Part shown: piece by piece, positions 20,182 to 30,933 of the stretch
Layout of the letters: every line of letters starts with the position of its first letter
Position numbering within the stretch: the stretch's first letter is position 1
Origin: an uncultured Gammaproteobacteria bacterium
GTDB lineage: Bacteria; Pseudomonadota; Gammaproteobacteria; CAWCPV01
Assembly: GCA_963797555.1 (NCBI GenBank)
Contig: CAWCPV010000005.1
Coordinates: forward strand, 64,001 to 128,000
Direction of reading: 5' to 3'
Length of the DNA stretch: 64,000 nt
Notes under the pieces: generated by a model
The model's database searches: none
What the model was told of the DNA's origin: nothing
The model's input: only the letters and a program-made list of their open reading frames with translations
Made by a program: the position numbers and the translations under genes

Positions 20182-21143
20182 GCCTCGGGCTCGGGGTGTT
20201 GATGGACCCTATCGGCTCCATCAACATAAAGAAGGACAGCACCTTCGCGATGCTCCTCGACGCCCAGCGCCGCGGATGGGCAATCTGGTACATGGAGCAG
20301 GAGGACCTGTACCTGCGCGACGGGCAAGCGATCGCCCGCATGCGGCGTTTGGAGGTGCGAGACGAGTCTACAGCGTGGCACTCCTTTCACGGCGACATCG
20401 TGGCGCCGTTGAGCACGCTGCAGGTCGTTCTGATGCGTAAGGATCCCCCGTTCGACACGGAGTATCTGTACACGACGCTTCTCTTGGAGCGGGCGGAAAC
20501 CGATGGCGTGCTCGTGGTCAATAGGCCGCGTGCGCTGCGCGATGCCAACGAGAAGCTCTTCACCTCGTGGTTCCCGCAGTGCTGTACCGCGACGCTGGTG
20601 ACGCACCGTATCGACCAGCTGCGCCACTTTGTGGCGGAGCAAGGAGATGTCATCGTCAAGCCCCTGGACGCGATGGGTGGCATCTCCGTCTTTCGGGTGC
20701 GCCGAGGTGACCCCAACACGAGTGTCATCCTGGAGACGCTGACCGGTTTCGGTCACCGCTTGGTGATGGCCCAGCGTTTCCTGCCCGAGGTCCTCACTCT
20801 CGGCGATAAGCGCATTTTGCTCATCGACGGTGAACCGGTCCCTTATGCGCTCGCACGCGTCCCGGCCGCCGGTGAGGTGCGTGCCAACCTGGCGGCTGGG
20901 GGCGAAGGCAGGGGCGTGCCCTTGAGCTCGCGCGACCTCTGGATCTGCGCCCAGGTAGCGGAAACCTTGCGCAGGAAAGGGTTGATGTTCGTCGGCTTAG
21001 ATGTCATTGGGGACTACCTCACCGAAATCAACGTGACCAGCCCAACCTGTATCCGAGAGCTGGACGCCTTGTATCAGTTAAACATCGGTGGGCTGTTACT
21101 GGACCGCATCGAGGCGAAACTTGCTACCGCGGCCCCATGCTAG
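20178..21143 (+). CDS. gshB: Glutathione synthetase
   Basis: MDPIGSINIKKDSTFAML, MRKDPPFD, NEKLF, GDKRILLIDG, RANLAAGG, GDYLTEINVTSPTC. Confidence 0.97.
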   Translation: MSLGLGVLMDPIGSINIKKDSTFAMLLDAQRRGWAIWYMEQEDLYLRDGQAIARMRRLEVRDESTAWHSFHGDIVAPLSTLQVVLMRKDPPFDTEYLYTTLLLERAETDGVLVVNRPRALRDANEKLFTSWFPQCCTATLVTHRIDQLRHFVAEQGDVIVKPLDAMGGISVFRVRRGDPNTSVILETLTGFGHRLVMAQRFLPEVLTLGDKRILLIDGEPVPYALARVPAAGEVRANLAAGGEGRGVPLSSRDLWICAQVAETLRRKGLMFVGLDVIGDYLTEINVTSPTCIRELDALYQLNIGGLLLDRIEAKLATAAPC

Positions 21144-21395
21144 CGCGGGGTACCCCAGCCATTCACCCCAACGCCACCAGAATGGACGGGGCTGCGGACG
21201 CTGTGTTCGTTGCCGGGGCAGTTCGCATCGCCGTTACGGGATCGCGCGCGGAAGGGACGTCCATCACGTCCCGCGGGTGCGTTCTCTGAGGACCATCCCC
21301 GTGGTGAATCCCGAGCTGCCTACCCGCAAACGCTTCGAGGTCGCTACGCCGCCCTCGGCGCCATTGCCATCCGGTACGCGCGAACGGGCGTCTAA

Positions 21396-22301
21396 GTGAT
21401 CGGAACTGTCCCACGAGACCAGCATTCCGGCCGTATGGTCGCCGCCCTGGTCGCATCGGGAGTGCTGCACGTCCTCATACTTCTGGGAATCGGTTTCCTG
21501 CCGACCATGAGTCCGGCGCCGCAGCGTCCTGAGCCCATGCTGGACGTCCTCCTGGTAACTCCAACAGCGCAGCGGCCTCCGCGAAGGTTCGACTATCTCG
21601 CCCCTCGAAACCAGGAAGCCAGCGACAAGCCGACCGGCCTGGAGCCGCCCCGCGCGCCCGCCTCGCATACGCCGAGCCATGTGGTCAGCCCGGCGCAGGA
21701 AGCAACCGCCGTCCAGGATTCCGAGCCCTCGGACTCCGAAGCGACCCCCCTCAGGGTAGCCAAGTCTTCCACCCCGTCGGCACATCCTCGGGCGCCGACC
21801 GACGCGCCGGTGGTCAGGAACGGGAAGCTTCCGACCCCGACGCCCGAACAGTTGTCGGCCAGCGCGCTGATCGCCCAGAGCCTGGACTTGGCCCAGCTCA
21901 GCGAATCCGTGCAGCAGTCTATCGCTGCATACAACCGCGCGCGTCGAGAGAGGTTCATTTCGGCCAGCACCCGCGAGAGCATTTATGCAGCCTACATGGA
22001 TGCCTGGCGCACCAAGGTCGAGCGCATCGGCAACCTCAACTACCCAGAGGAAGCGCGACGCCAGAGGCTAACGGGGGAGCTGGTACTGGACGTGGCCCTG
22101 AGACCCGACGGCAGCATCCAGTCGGTAACCGTGCTCCGCTCTTCCGGGCTTCCCGTCTTGGACGAGGCAGCACAGCGCATCGTGCAGCTCTCCGCCCCCT
22201 TCGCTCCGTTTCCGGACGAGATCGCCAACGAGACCGACCTGCTCCATATCACCCGCACGTGGCGCTTCGAGCGGGGCAGTCGGTTGGCGAGCGCACCGTG
22301 A
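21396..22301 (+). CDS. Energy transducer TonB family protein
   Basis: N-terminal TM with S-x3-H, Pro-rich linker, WRTKVERIGNLNYPEEA, RSSGLPVLDEAA, HITRTWRF. Confidence 0.85.
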   Translation: MIGTVPRDQHSGRMVAALVASGVLHVLILLGIGFLPTMSPAPQRPEPMLDVLLVTPTAQRPPRRFDYLAPRNQEASDKPTGLEPPRAPASHTPSHVVSPAQEATAVQDSEPSDSEATPLRVAKSSTPSAHPRAPTDAPVVRNGKLPTPTPEQLSASALIAQSLDLAQLSESVQQSIAAYNRARRERFISASTRESIYAAYMDAWRTKVERIGNLNYPEEARRQRLTGELVLDVALRPDGSIQSVTVLRSSGLPVLDEAAQRIVQLSAPFAPFPDEIANETDLLHITRTWRFERGSRLASAP

Positions 22302-22337
22302 CTTGTCACACCGGGTCGCCCCTTCCATACTATTGAC

Positions 22338-22901
22338 ATGTTCGAGCGGTCCTACCTCAAGAACCAGTTTCTGATCGCCATGCCAACGCTGGCCGACCCT
22401 AATTTCTTTCGCACCGTGACGTACATCTGTGAGCACAACAGCGAGGGAGCCATGGGGGTCGTGGTTAACCGACCGGTTGAGCTTCACCTCGGGGAACTCT
22501 TGGAGCACATGGACATCGGCCATGCCCCCCGCGCGATTGCCGAGCAGTCCGTGTACCTTGGCGGCCCGGTTCAAACCGAACGCGGTTTCGTTCTGCACCG
22601 GCCGATCGGCCACTGGCAGGGTACGCTCGCGATTACCGATGAGGTCGGGCTGACCACCTCGCGCGATATCCTCGAGGCCATGGCTCGTGGCGATGGGCCG
22701 GGGAATGCCCTCGTCGCTCTGGGCTATGCGGGCTGGGGACCGGGCCAGCTTGAGCGGGAGATCGCGGAGAACGCATGGCTGAGCGGTCCAGCCGATCCGG
22801 ACCTGTTCTTCGAGCTACCTCCTGATAACCGCTGGGAGGCCGCCAGCATGCTCCTTGGCATCGATATTCACCGACTCTCCGGGCAAGCAGGGCACGCGTG
22901 A
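22338..22901 (+). CDS. yqgE: YqgE/AlgH family protein
   Basis: FLIAMP.LADPNF, GGPVQTERGFVLH, LGYAGWGPGQLE.E, QAGHA. Confidence 0.93.
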   Translation: MFERSYLKNQFLIAMPTLADPNFFRTVTYICEHNSEGAMGVVVNRPVELHLGELLEHMDIGHAPRAIAEQSVYLGGPVQTERGFVLHRPIGHWQGTLAITDEVGLTTSRDILEAMARGDGPGNALVALGYAGWGPGQLEREIAENAWLSGPADPDLFFELPPDNRWEAASMLLGIDIHRLSGQAGHA

Positions 22902-23308
22902 CCCCAAGGGGCAACCTCCTCCTCGCATTCGACTTCGGCAAGAAACGCATAGGGGTCGCGGTGGGACAGGCGGTCACCGGTACGGCGACTGCGCTGCGCA
23001 CAGTTCACTGCGTCGGGCACAGACCGGACTGGGACGGCATCGCGGAGATCATCCGGACCTGGTGCCCGGAAGCACTGATAGTCGGGTTGCCGTTGACGCT
23101 GGGAGGCGACGAGCGCGAGATGACCCGTGCCGCCCGCCGCTTCGGTCGGCAATTGGCCGGACGATACGGCCTTCCCGTGCACTGGATCGACGAGCGGCTG
23201 AGTTCCGTTGAGGCGTCCCGACATCTGCGCACGCGGGGCCGGGCCGGGGACATAGATCGGGAAGCGGCCCGGGTGATTCTTCAAACCTGGCTTGACCAGC
23301 GCCGATGA
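22898..23308 (+). CDS. ruvX: RuvX/YqgF nuclease (pre-16S rRNA processing)
   Basis: AFDFGKKRIGVAVG, IVGLPL, DERLSS.EA, D.EAARVIL. Confidence 0.93.
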   Translation: MTPRGNLLLAFDFGKKRIGVAVGQAVTGTATALRTVHCVGHRPDWDGIAEIIRTWCPEALIVGLPLTLGGDEREMTRAARRFGRQLAGRYGLPVHWIDERLSSVEASRHLRTRGRAGDIDREAARVILQTWLDQRR

Positions 23309-23808
23309 GCCACCTCGATGTCGCGGGCCTGCTCGATGGCATGGCGCGGTCACTGCGCACACTCCTCAAAGCGCGAGATATCCACGACGCTGGGATGCTC
23401 GGGATACATACCGGCGGACTGTGGGTGGCACAGCGACTACACTCCGCCATCGGGCTGGCACAGCCCCTCGGCTGCCTGGACATCTCGTTCTATCGCGACG
23501 ACTTCACGCGCATTGGCCTGCATCCTCAGGTGAAGCCATCCCACATCCCGTTCACCGTCGACGACCGACACATGCTGCTGGTGGACGATGTCCTGCACAC
23601 CGGTCGGACCGTGCGCGCAGCGCTCAACGAGATCTTCGATTACGGCCGGCCCGCGATCGTCGTCCTTGCCGTCCTGGTGGACCGCGGCGGACGCGAGATC
23701 CCCATTCATGCCGACGTGGTCGGGACTCGGATGACCCTGGCACGGGGCGAACAGGTCAAGCTCAACGGCCCCGACCCGCTGACCCTTAACGTCCTCAGGG
23801 TGCCGTGA
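23305..23808 (+). CDS. pyrR: PyrR regulator / uracil phosphoribosyltransferase
   Basis: [50 protein letters not shown]. Confidence 0.94.
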   Translation: MSHLDVAGLLDGMARSLRTLLKARDIHDAGMLGIHTGGLWVAQRLHSAIGLAQPLGCLDISFYRDDFTRIGLHPQVKPSHIPFTVDDRHMLLVDDVLHTGRTVRAALNEIFDYGRPAIVVLAVLVDRGGREIPIHADVVGTRMTLARGEQVKLNGPDPLTLNVLRVP

Positions 23809-24758
23809 CTTCCGCATCGGCGCAACTGGACGCGGCCGGCCGCCTGCGTCACTTTCTGACCGTCGAAGGTCTTGGGCGTGAGCTGTTGACTCAGATTCTG
23901 AACACCGCCGAGTCATTCGCTGGAGTAGCCCGACAGAGTGTAAAAAAGGTGCCCCTGCTGCGCGGCAAGACCATCGTCAACCTCTTCTTCGAGGCCAGTA
24001 CGCGGACGCGCACCACCTTCGAGCTGGCGGCCAAGCGCCTATCGGCCGACGTATTGAACATCCACGTCCCGGCCTCCGCTACGACTAAAGGGGAAAGCCT
24101 CCTGGACACCTTGCGTAATCTGGAGGCGATGCACTGCGACATGTTCGTAGTACGCCACCCGGACAGCGGCGCCGCCCATTTCATTGCCGAGCACGCGGCT
24201 CCCCATGTCGCTGTCATCAACGCCGGCGACGGACGTCATGCCCACCCCACCCAGGCGCTGTTGGACGCCTTTACCCTGAGGCGCCACAAGGCCGATTTCA
24301 GCCAGCTCTGCGTCGCCATCATCGGGGACATCCTGCACTCGAGGGTGGCGCGTTCCCAAATTCACGCCTTCCGTACCCTCGGGGTGCGCGAGCTGCGCGT
24401 CATCGCGCCGAAGACCCTGGTCCCTCCGGGAATCGAAGCGCTGGGCGTGCGCGTCCACTACGATCTCGCCCAGGGCCTTCGCGACGTCAACGTCATTGTG
24501 GCACTGCGCTTACAGCGAGAACGCATGGCCGGGGCGCTCCTGCCCAGCGAACGTGAATACTTCCAGCTTTACGGGCTAACCCGCGAAAGGCTGGCCTCGG
24601 CGCGTTCCGACGCCCTCGTGATGCACCCCGGACCGATCAACCGCGGGGTGGAGATCGCCTCCGACGTGGCCGACGGTCCGCGGTCGGTGATCTTGCAGCA
24701 GGTGAGCGACGGCATCGCCGTGCGTATGGCCGTGATGTCCATGGCGTTGCGGCAATGA
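23805..24758 (+). CDS. pyrB: Aspartate carbamoyltransferase catalytic subunit
   Basis: [40 protein letters not shown]. Confidence 0.97.
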   Translation: MTSASAQLDAAGRLRHFLTVEGLGRELLTQILNTAESFAGVARQSVKKVPLLRGKTIVNLFFEASTRTRTTFELAAKRLSADVLNIHVPASATTKGESLLDTLRNLEAMHCDMFVVRHPDSGAAHFIAEHAAPHVAVINAGDGRHAHPTQALLDAFTLRRHKADFSQLCVAIIGDILHSRVARSQIHAFRTLGVRELRVIAPKTLVPPGIEALGVRVHYDLAQGLRDVNVIVALRLQRERMAGALLPSEREYFQLYGLTRERLASARSDALVMHPGPINRGVEIASDVADGPRSVILQQVSDGIAVRMAVMSMALRQ

Positions 24759-24899
24759 GCGGTGGCATCGGGGTCGCCTGCATTCGAGCCACCGCTGGTC
24801 GCGCTCGCACCGCGCTGGTCCCCCATGGCGCTCCGTCGACGCGCTGCAGTTCCGCCAAGTGGATTGGGGCAGCGGTCTCCGGCCCCCGGCGTGCACCCC

Positions 24900-26288
24900 A
24901 TGACGACTGCCCGTGCTGACCCGGCCCGGATCGAGGTGCGCGGCGGGCGTGTCATCGACCCCATGCAAGGTACCGACGGCCCGCAGGACGTGTACCTCGC
25001 ACAGGGACGCATTGTCGGCCTCGGTCAGGCTCCGGACGGCTTCGTCGCCGACCTGGTCATAGAGGCGGCGGGATGTATCGTCAGCCCCGGCTTGGTCGAC
25101 CTCTGCGCAAGGCTGCGGGAGCCGGGACTGGAGCACAAGGGCACCATCGCCACAGAGACCCTGGCGGCAGCGCGAGGCGGGGTCACCACGCTATGCTGTC
25201 CACCCGATACCGACCCGGTAGTGGATACGCCGGCCGTAGTCGAGCTGATACGCAGCCGAGCCGAACAGGCTGGCAAGACCCGGGTCGTGGTTCTGGGGGC
25301 ACTCACCAGGAATCTCGCCGGAACCCACCTCAGCGAGATGGGCGCGCTGAAGCGAGCGGGTTGCGTGGGTGTAAGCAACGGCTCGCGGCCCATCGAAAAC
25401 ACGCTGGTGCTGCGCCGCGCGCTGGAGTATGCGGCCACCCATCACTTGGCGGTGTTTCTGGAGCCGCAGGACCCCTGGCTCAGTCACCACGGCTGCGTGC
25501 ACGAGGGGGAGGTCAGTATGCGCCTGGGACTGCCGGGTATTCCGGAGGCGGCGGAAACCGTCGCCCTAGCCCGAGATCTGGTCTTGGTGGAACAAACGGG
25601 CGTGCGCGCCCATTTCTGCCGCCTCTCCTGCGCGCGCGCCGTAGAGATGGTTCGCCGAGCTCAGGGTCACGGACTGCCAGTCACGGCCGATGTCAGCGCC
25701 CACCATCTCCACCTTACCGAGGCCAGCGTGACCGGCTTCGACAGCGCCTGCCACGTCCGCCCCCCCCTGCGCACCCTCTATGACCGCGAAGCGTTGCGCA
25801 GCGGGCTGGCGGACGGAACGCTGTGCGCCATTTGCTCCGATCATCAGCCCCACGAACCTGACGCAAAGTGCGCTCCGTTTCCGTCGACCGAACCGGGCAT
25901 TTCCGGCTTGGAAACGCTGCTTCCGCTGACCCTGCGTTTGGTCCGGGAAGGCGTCCTCAGCCTGCCTGAGGCGCTGGCACGGGTGACCTGCCTGCCCATG
26001 CGCGTCTTGGGGGAGGTGCAGGGCGGTACGCTGACTCCTGGCAGTCCTGCCGACCTGTGCATCATCGACCCGGACAACGTCTGGCGCCTGACCCCCCAGG
26101 AGCTCGTCAGCGCCGGACGCAACACGCCCTTTCTGGGGTGGGAGTTCACGGGCGCCGTCCAGGCCACCGTTGTGGCGGGAGAGGTTGTCTATCGCCGCCG
26201 CGGTCCACCGGTCGACGGGACCCGCAATCTACTGAACGTCGCAGCAGTAGGGCAGAGACAGAACGGGCGCAGAAAGGGCGCAATCTGA
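24900..26288 (+). CDS. pyrC: Dihydroorotase-like protein (PyrC'/PyrX type, probably non-catalytic)
   Basis: PGLVDLCARLREPG (HxH replaced), AARGGVTT, SDHQPH, GRNTPFLG. Confidence 0.85.
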   Translation: MTTARADPARIEVRGGRVIDPMQGTDGPQDVYLAQGRIVGLGQAPDGFVADLVIEAAGCIVSPGLVDLCARLREPGLEHKGTIATETLAAARGGVTTLCCPPDTDPVVDTPAVVELIRSRAEQAGKTRVVVLGALTRNLAGTHLSEMGALKRAGCVGVSNGSRPIENTLVLRRALEYAATHHLAVFLEPQDPWLSHHGCVHEGEVSMRLGLPGIPEAAETVALARDLVLVEQTGVRAHFCRLSCARAVEMVRRAQGHGLPVTADVSAHHLHLTEASVTGFDSACHVRPPLRTLYDREALRSGLADGTLCAICSDHQPHEPDAKCAPFPSTEPGISGLETLLPLTLRLVREGVLSLPEALARVTCLPMRVLGEVQGGTLTPGSPADLCIIDPDNVWRLTPQELVSAGRNTPFLGWEFTGAVQATVVAGEVVYRRRGPPVDGTRNLLNVAAVGQRQNGRRKGAI

Positions 26289-26298
26289 TTCGCGGTGC

Positions 26299-27399
26299 AT
26301 GCGCCGGCTCACGAAAAGAGGACAGGGAGGCAGACACATCTGGTACGAACTGCTGCGACCCTTACTGTTCAGGCTCGCGCCCGAGGACGCCCATCGCCTC
26401 AGTCTGTTCGTACTACGCCACGCGAGCCGTTCAGGGTTAGTCCGGGCGTCGCGGGGTCCACGCGCCTATGCGCCAAGCAGCGTAATGGGGATGGAGTTCT
26501 CCAATCCGGTGGGACTCGCGGCGGGCTTCGACAAGAGCGGCGAGTGCATCGACGCCTTCTTCGCCCTCGGCTTCGGCTTCGTCGAGATCGGCACGGTCAC
26601 GCCACGCCCGCAGAAGGGGAATCCTCGACCCCGCATCTTCCGCCTGCCGCAGGCCGCGGCGCTCATCAACCGCATGGGGTTCAACAACCCTGGCGTCGAG
26701 CGCGTGGTGGAAAACATCAAACGCTCGCGGGTCCCCGGCGTGCTTGGCATCAACATCGGCAAGAACCGAGACACCGCGCTTCAAGAGGCCGTAGAGGACT
26801 ATCTCGCGTGTCTACGGAACGTTTATCCCCACGCAAGCTACGTGGCGGTCAACATCTCTTCTCCCAATACACCCGGTCTGCGGGATCTACAGGGGGGCAG
26901 CGAGCTAGATCGGCTGCTGGCGGCCCTGAAGCAGGAGCAAGAGAGACTGGCCGCGAGGCATGGGCGCTATGTCGCGCTGGCGGTGAAGATCGCCCCCGAT
27001 CTCGATGCCGATCGGATCGACACGATCGCGAGAGTCCTACTGGAGTACCGGATTGACGCCGTGATCGCCACGAACACCACAGTCTCCCGCGAGGGAGTCG
27101 AGCACCACCCAGTCAGCCACGAGGCGGGAGGCCTGAGCGGCGCACCGCTGCGCGCGCGCGCCACCGCCGTGGTCGCGCAGCTCAGCAGAACGCTTCAGCG
27201 CAGGGTCCCCGTGATCGCCGTCGGCGGCATCATGAAGGCCTCCGACGCACTGGAAAAGGTCGTCGCCGGAGCCGATCTGGTACAGCTTTACACGGGCCTA
27301 ATCTATCGGGGGCCGCGCCTCGTTCAAGAGGTGTGCAGCGCGCTGTCGGAACGTCCGAGAGGACCGACTGACCCGTGCGCGAGTCGCTGCAGCGGCTAG
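26299..27399 (+). CDS. pyrD: Quinone-dependent dihydroorotate dehydrogenase
   Basis: NPVGLAAGFDK, GTVTPRPQKGNPRPRIFRL, INRMGFNN, NISSPNTPGLR, VKIAPD, GGLSG. Confidence 0.96.
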   Translation: MRRLTKRGQGGRHIWYELLRPLLFRLAPEDAHRLSLFVLRHASRSGLVRASRGPRAYAPSSVMGMEFSNPVGLAAGFDKSGECIDAFFALGFGFVEIGTVTPRPQKGNPRPRIFRLPQAAALINRMGFNNPGVERVVENIKRSRVPGVLGINIGKNRDTALQEAVEDYLACLRNVYPHASYVAVNISSPNTPGLRDLQGGSELDRLLAALKQEQERLAARHGRYVALAVKIAPDLDADRIDTIARVLLEYRIDAVIATNTTVSREGVEHHPVSHEAGGLSGAPLRARATAVVAQLSRTLQRRVPVIAVGGIMKASDALEKVVAGADLVQLYTGLIYRGPRLVQEVCSALSERPRGPTDPCASRCSG

Positions 27400-28523
27400 G
27401 CATCCACGCGCGGGAGCGACTCGGGGGGCTCGGCCGAAGCTGTGCTGGAGGTTGTATCGGCAGTCTGGCCCCCGAAGTTCATCTTCCATTCCAGATTGGT
27501 GCGGGAATCGGCGTTAGTCAGAGCTTCCTCCTTGATAATCTTCGCCGCCCGGTAGAGGTCGTAGAGCGACTGGTCGAAGCTCTGCATGCCTTTCATGCGT
27601 GTCTCCTCTATGGCGCGCTTCAGTTCGTCCATCTCACCCTTGCGGATCAGCTCGGCGATGTAGGGGGTATTGAGCATCACCTCCGCTGCCGGGAGACGCC
27701 GGCCGTCTACCCCTATGACCAGACGCTGGGACACGACGGCCCTGAGGTTGAGCGACAGATCCATGAACAGTTGGGCATGCTCCTCGTGGGGAAAGAAGCT
27801 GACGATGCGCCCCATGGCCTGGTTGGCATTGTTGGCGTGAAGAGTGGACAGCGCCAAGTGCCCCGTCTGACCGTAGGTGATGGCGTAGCGCATGGTGTCC
27901 TTGTCGCGTATCTCGCCGATCATGATAACGTCCGGCGCCTCGCGCATGGCATTCTTCAGGGCGTTGGCATAGTTGAGGGTATCGATACCCACCTCGCGCT
28001 GATTGATCACTGCCTTGCGGTGCTGGAAGACGTACTCCATAGGGTCCTCCACCGTGAGGATATGTCCGGATGTAGACGCGTTGCGATGGTCGAGCATGGC
28101 CGCAAGCGTCGTGGATTTCCCGGAACCGGTGGCACCCACCACCAGGATGAGTCCCCGCTTGAGCAACGCCAAGTCCTTGAGCACCGGTGGCAGGTTGAGA
28201 TCCTCGACCGTGGGGATGATCGTGGTCAGGTACCGGATCACCATGGAGATCTCGCCCCGCTGGCGGAACACATTCACGCGGAACCGGCCTAGCCCCTCGA
28301 CCGAGACCCCCAGGTTCATCTCCAGAGTGTCCTCGAAGATCTTGACTTGGTTCTGGTTCATGAGGCCATACGCCAGCTCACGGAGACGCGTCCCCAGCAG
28401 CGGTTCGCTGCCGATCGGAGTAGCCTTTCCCTCCACCTTGATATTGACCGGCGCACCGGCACTGAAGAACAGGTCCGAAGCGCCTTTGGTTACCATCAAT
28501 TTGAGATAAGGGGTAAGCTCCAT
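27396..28523 (-). CDS. pilU: PilT/PilU family type IV pilus retraction ATPase (second PilU paralog)
   Basis: GASDLF, GATGSGKSTT, EDPMEY, NQREVG, REAPDVIMIGEIRD, GMQSFDQ. Confidence 0.88.
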   Translation of the reverse strand: MELTPYLKLMVTKGASDLFFSAGAPVNIKVEGKATPIGSEPLLGTRLRELAYGLMNQNQVKIFEDTLEMNLGVSVEGLGRFRVNVFRQRGEISMVIRYLTTIIPTVEDLNLPPVLKDLALLKRGLILVVGATGSGKSTTLAAMLDHRNASTSGHILTVEDPMEYVFQHRKAVINQREVGIDTLNYANALKNAMREAPDVIMIGEIRDKDTMRYAITYGQTGHLALSTLHANNANQAMGRIVSFFPHEEHAQLFMDLSLNLRAVVSQRLVIGVDGRRLPAAEVMLNTPYIAELIRKGEMDELKRAIEETRMKGMQSFDQSLYDLYRAAKIIKEEALTNADSRTNLEWKMNFGGQTADTTSSTASAEPPESLPRVDA

Positions 28524-28662
28524 CGCGTTCACCTCGCAGCGATCGGCAGATTGCACACCGCGCGTTCAACGGCGTGCGGCACCACTCGTCTTCGGGGCTT
28601 AGGCGCCATCACGGGGGTGCCCGAACGTCGGGAAAAGCCTAAGATGCTCTCTCGACAGCGCT

Positions 28663-29826
28663 TCAGTATCGCAGCCCCCGTTCTTCGTCCTCCTGGATGC
28701 GCAGACGGTCCGCCCCCTCGAAGATATCTCTTCCGCCGGGCCTCTTGCTCTCGAGTTTGATGCGCAGGCGCACGTCGTTGACCGAGTCGGCATTGCGCAG
28801 GGCATCCTCGTAATTGATCAGCCCCGACTCGTAGAGATTGAACAGGGATTGGTCGAAGGTCTGCATACCGAGTTCGTTCGATCGGGCGATGAGATCCTTG
28901 ATCTCGTGGAACTTGCCCTTCAGGATCAGCTCCGCCATGAGCGGCGTATTGATCATGATCTCCACCGCCGGCACTCGCCCCGGCCCGCTCGGTTTCGGTA
29001 TCAACCGCTGGGAAACGAACGCCTTCAGATTGAAGGAGAGGTCCATCAAGAGCTGATGGCGCCTTTCCTCCGGGAAGAAGTTGATGATGCGGTCGAAGGC
29101 CTGGTTGGTGTTGTTGGCATGTAGCGTGGACAAGCACAGGTGCCCCGTCTCAGCGAAGGCTACGGCGTAGTCCATGGTCTCTTTGTCGCGGACCTCACCG
29201 ACCAGGATGACGTCCGGTGCCTGCCGTAAGGTGTTTTTCAGCGCCACGGCATAGCTTTGAGTATCCACCCCGACTTCGCGCTGGGTCACGATACAGTTCT
29301 GGTGACGATGCACGAATTCGATGGGGTCCTCAATGGTGATAATATGCCCGAAGCTGTGGGCGTTGCGATAACCTACCATCGCGGCCAGCGAGGTGGACTT
29401 GCCGGTGCCCGTTCCGCCGACGAACAGCACGAGACCGCGCTTCGCCAAGGCAACGTCCCGCAGCACCAGAGGAAGCCCTAGCTGGGCGAAGTCTGGGATA
29501 TCAGTTGCCACCGGGCGCACGGCCATCCCTACGCTGGCGCGCTGGACGAATGCGCTCACACGGAAGCGCGCGGTCCCCGGCAGGCTGATCGCGAAGTTGC
29601 ACTCCTTGGTGGCGTCGAACTCCGCGGCCTGCTTGTCGTTCATGATCGCCCGCGTAAGCTCCTGGGTCTGGATCGGCGAAAGCGCCTCCTTGCTTACCGG
29701 CGCCACCTTGCCGTCCACCTTGATGGCCGGAGGGAAGCCCGCCGTGACGAAGAGATCCGAGCCCTTCTTGCCCACGAGCAACTGCAGCAGCTCGTTCATG
29801 TAACCCATCGCCTGATCCCGTTCCAT
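28663..29826 (-). CDS. pilU: Type IV pilus retraction ATPase PilU
   Basis: GSDLFVTAGFPPAIKVDG, GGTGTGKSTSLAA, LRQAPDVI, AFAETGHL, GMQTFDQ. Confidence 0.93.
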   Translation of the reverse strand: MERDQAMGYMNELLQLLVGKKGSDLFVTAGFPPAIKVDGKVAPVSKEALSPIQTQELTRAIMNDKQAAEFDATKECNFAISLPGTARFRVSAFVQRASVGMAVRPVATDIPDFAQLGLPLVLRDVALAKRGLVLFVGGTGTGKSTSLAAMVGYRNAHSFGHIITIEDPIEFVHRHQNCIVTQREVGVDTQSYAVALKNTLRQAPDVILVGEVRDKETMDYAVAFAETGHLCLSTLHANNTNQAFDRIINFFPEERRHQLLMDLSFNLKAFVSQRLIPKPSGPGRVPAVEIMINTPLMAELILKGKFHEIKDLIARSNELGMQTFDQSLFNLYESGLINYEDALRNADSVNDVRLRIKLESKRPGGRDIFEGADRLRIQEDEERGLRY

Positions 29827-29837
29827 GTCCCGCCCTC

Positions 29838-30875
29838 CTAACGGAAGAGTTCCTTGCTCACCGCTCGCGCCCGCGCCTCCAGACGATTCACCAGCCCTCT
29901 GGCCACCAACTCTTGGAGGTGCTGGTCCAGCGTGTGCATTCCGACTGCCTGGCCGGTCTGGATGGAAGAGTACATCTGCGCGACTTTGTTTTCTCGGATA
30001 AGGTTGCGTATAGCCGGGGTGCCGATCATCAGTTCGTGAGCCGCCACGCGTCCACCCCCGACCTTCTTGAGCAGAGTCTGCGCCAGGACGGCCCGCAGCG
30101 ACTCCGAGAGCATCGCGCGCACCATGTCCTTCTCGCCCGCCGGAAAAACGTCGATGATCCGGTCGATGGTCTTGGCCGCAGAACTGGTGTGCAGGGTCCC
30201 AAACACGAGATGACCGGTCTCTGCCGCGGTCAGAGCGAGGCGGATGGTTTCGATGTCGCGCATCTCACCGACCAGAACGATATCCGGATCCTCACGCAAT
30301 GCGGCGCGCAGGGCCTCGCTGAACCCGAGCGTGTGGGTGTGGACCTCCCGCTGGTTCATCAGGCATCGTTTACTCTCGTGGACAAACTCGACGGGGTCCT
30401 CGATCGTAAGGATGTGGGAATAGTCGTTCTCGTTCTTGTAATCGATCATGGCTGCCAGCGTCGTGCTCTTCCCCGAGCCGGTTGGACCCGTCACCAACAC
30501 GAGACCGCGGGGGACATCCACGAGCTCGCGGAAGGACGGCGGGAAACCTAGCTCCTCGAGCGTCTGGATCTTGTGCGGGATGGTTCGGAACGCCCCGGCC
30601 GCGCCTCGCAGCTGGTTGAAGGCATTGACGCGGAAGCGGGCCAACCCCGGGATCTCGAAGGCGAAGTCGACATCCAAGAACTCCTCGTAGTCCTTGCGTT
30701 GCTTGTCGCTCATGATGTCGTACATCATCGCGTGCACCGTCTTGTGGTCCAAGGGCGGCACATTGACTCGCCGCACGTCTCCGTCCACCCGGATGAGAGG
30801 GGGGAGGCCCGCTGAAAGGTGCAGGTCGGAGGCGTTGTTCTTGACACCAAACGCGAGCAACTCGGCGATGTCCAT
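29838..30875 (-). CDS. pilT: Type IV pilus retraction ATPase PilT
   Basis: MDIAELLAF, ASDLHLS, GPTGSGKSTTLAA, AIRNLIRE motif. Confidence 0.97.
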   Translation of the reverse strand: MDIAELLAFGVKNNASDLHLSAGLPPLIRVDGDVRRVNVPPLDHKTVHAMMYDIMSDKQRKDYEEFLDVDFAFEIPGLARFRVNAFNQLRGAAGAFRTIPHKIQTLEELGFPPSFRELVDVPRGLVLVTGPTGSGKSTTLAAMIDYKNENDYSHILTIEDPVEFVHESKRCLMNQREVHTHTLGFSEALRAALREDPDIVLVGEMRDIETIRLALTAAETGHLVFGTLHTSSAAKTIDRIIDVFPAGEKDMVRAMLSESLRAVLAQTLLKKVGGGRVAAHELMIGTPAIRNLIRENKVAQMYSSIQTGQAVGMHTLDQHLQELVARGLVNRLEARARAVSKELFR

Positions 30876-30933
30876 CTGATCTCCCCGGTAGCATGATTCG
30901 TAGTTATAGCCAGCTAAAAGTAGCGCGAAGACC

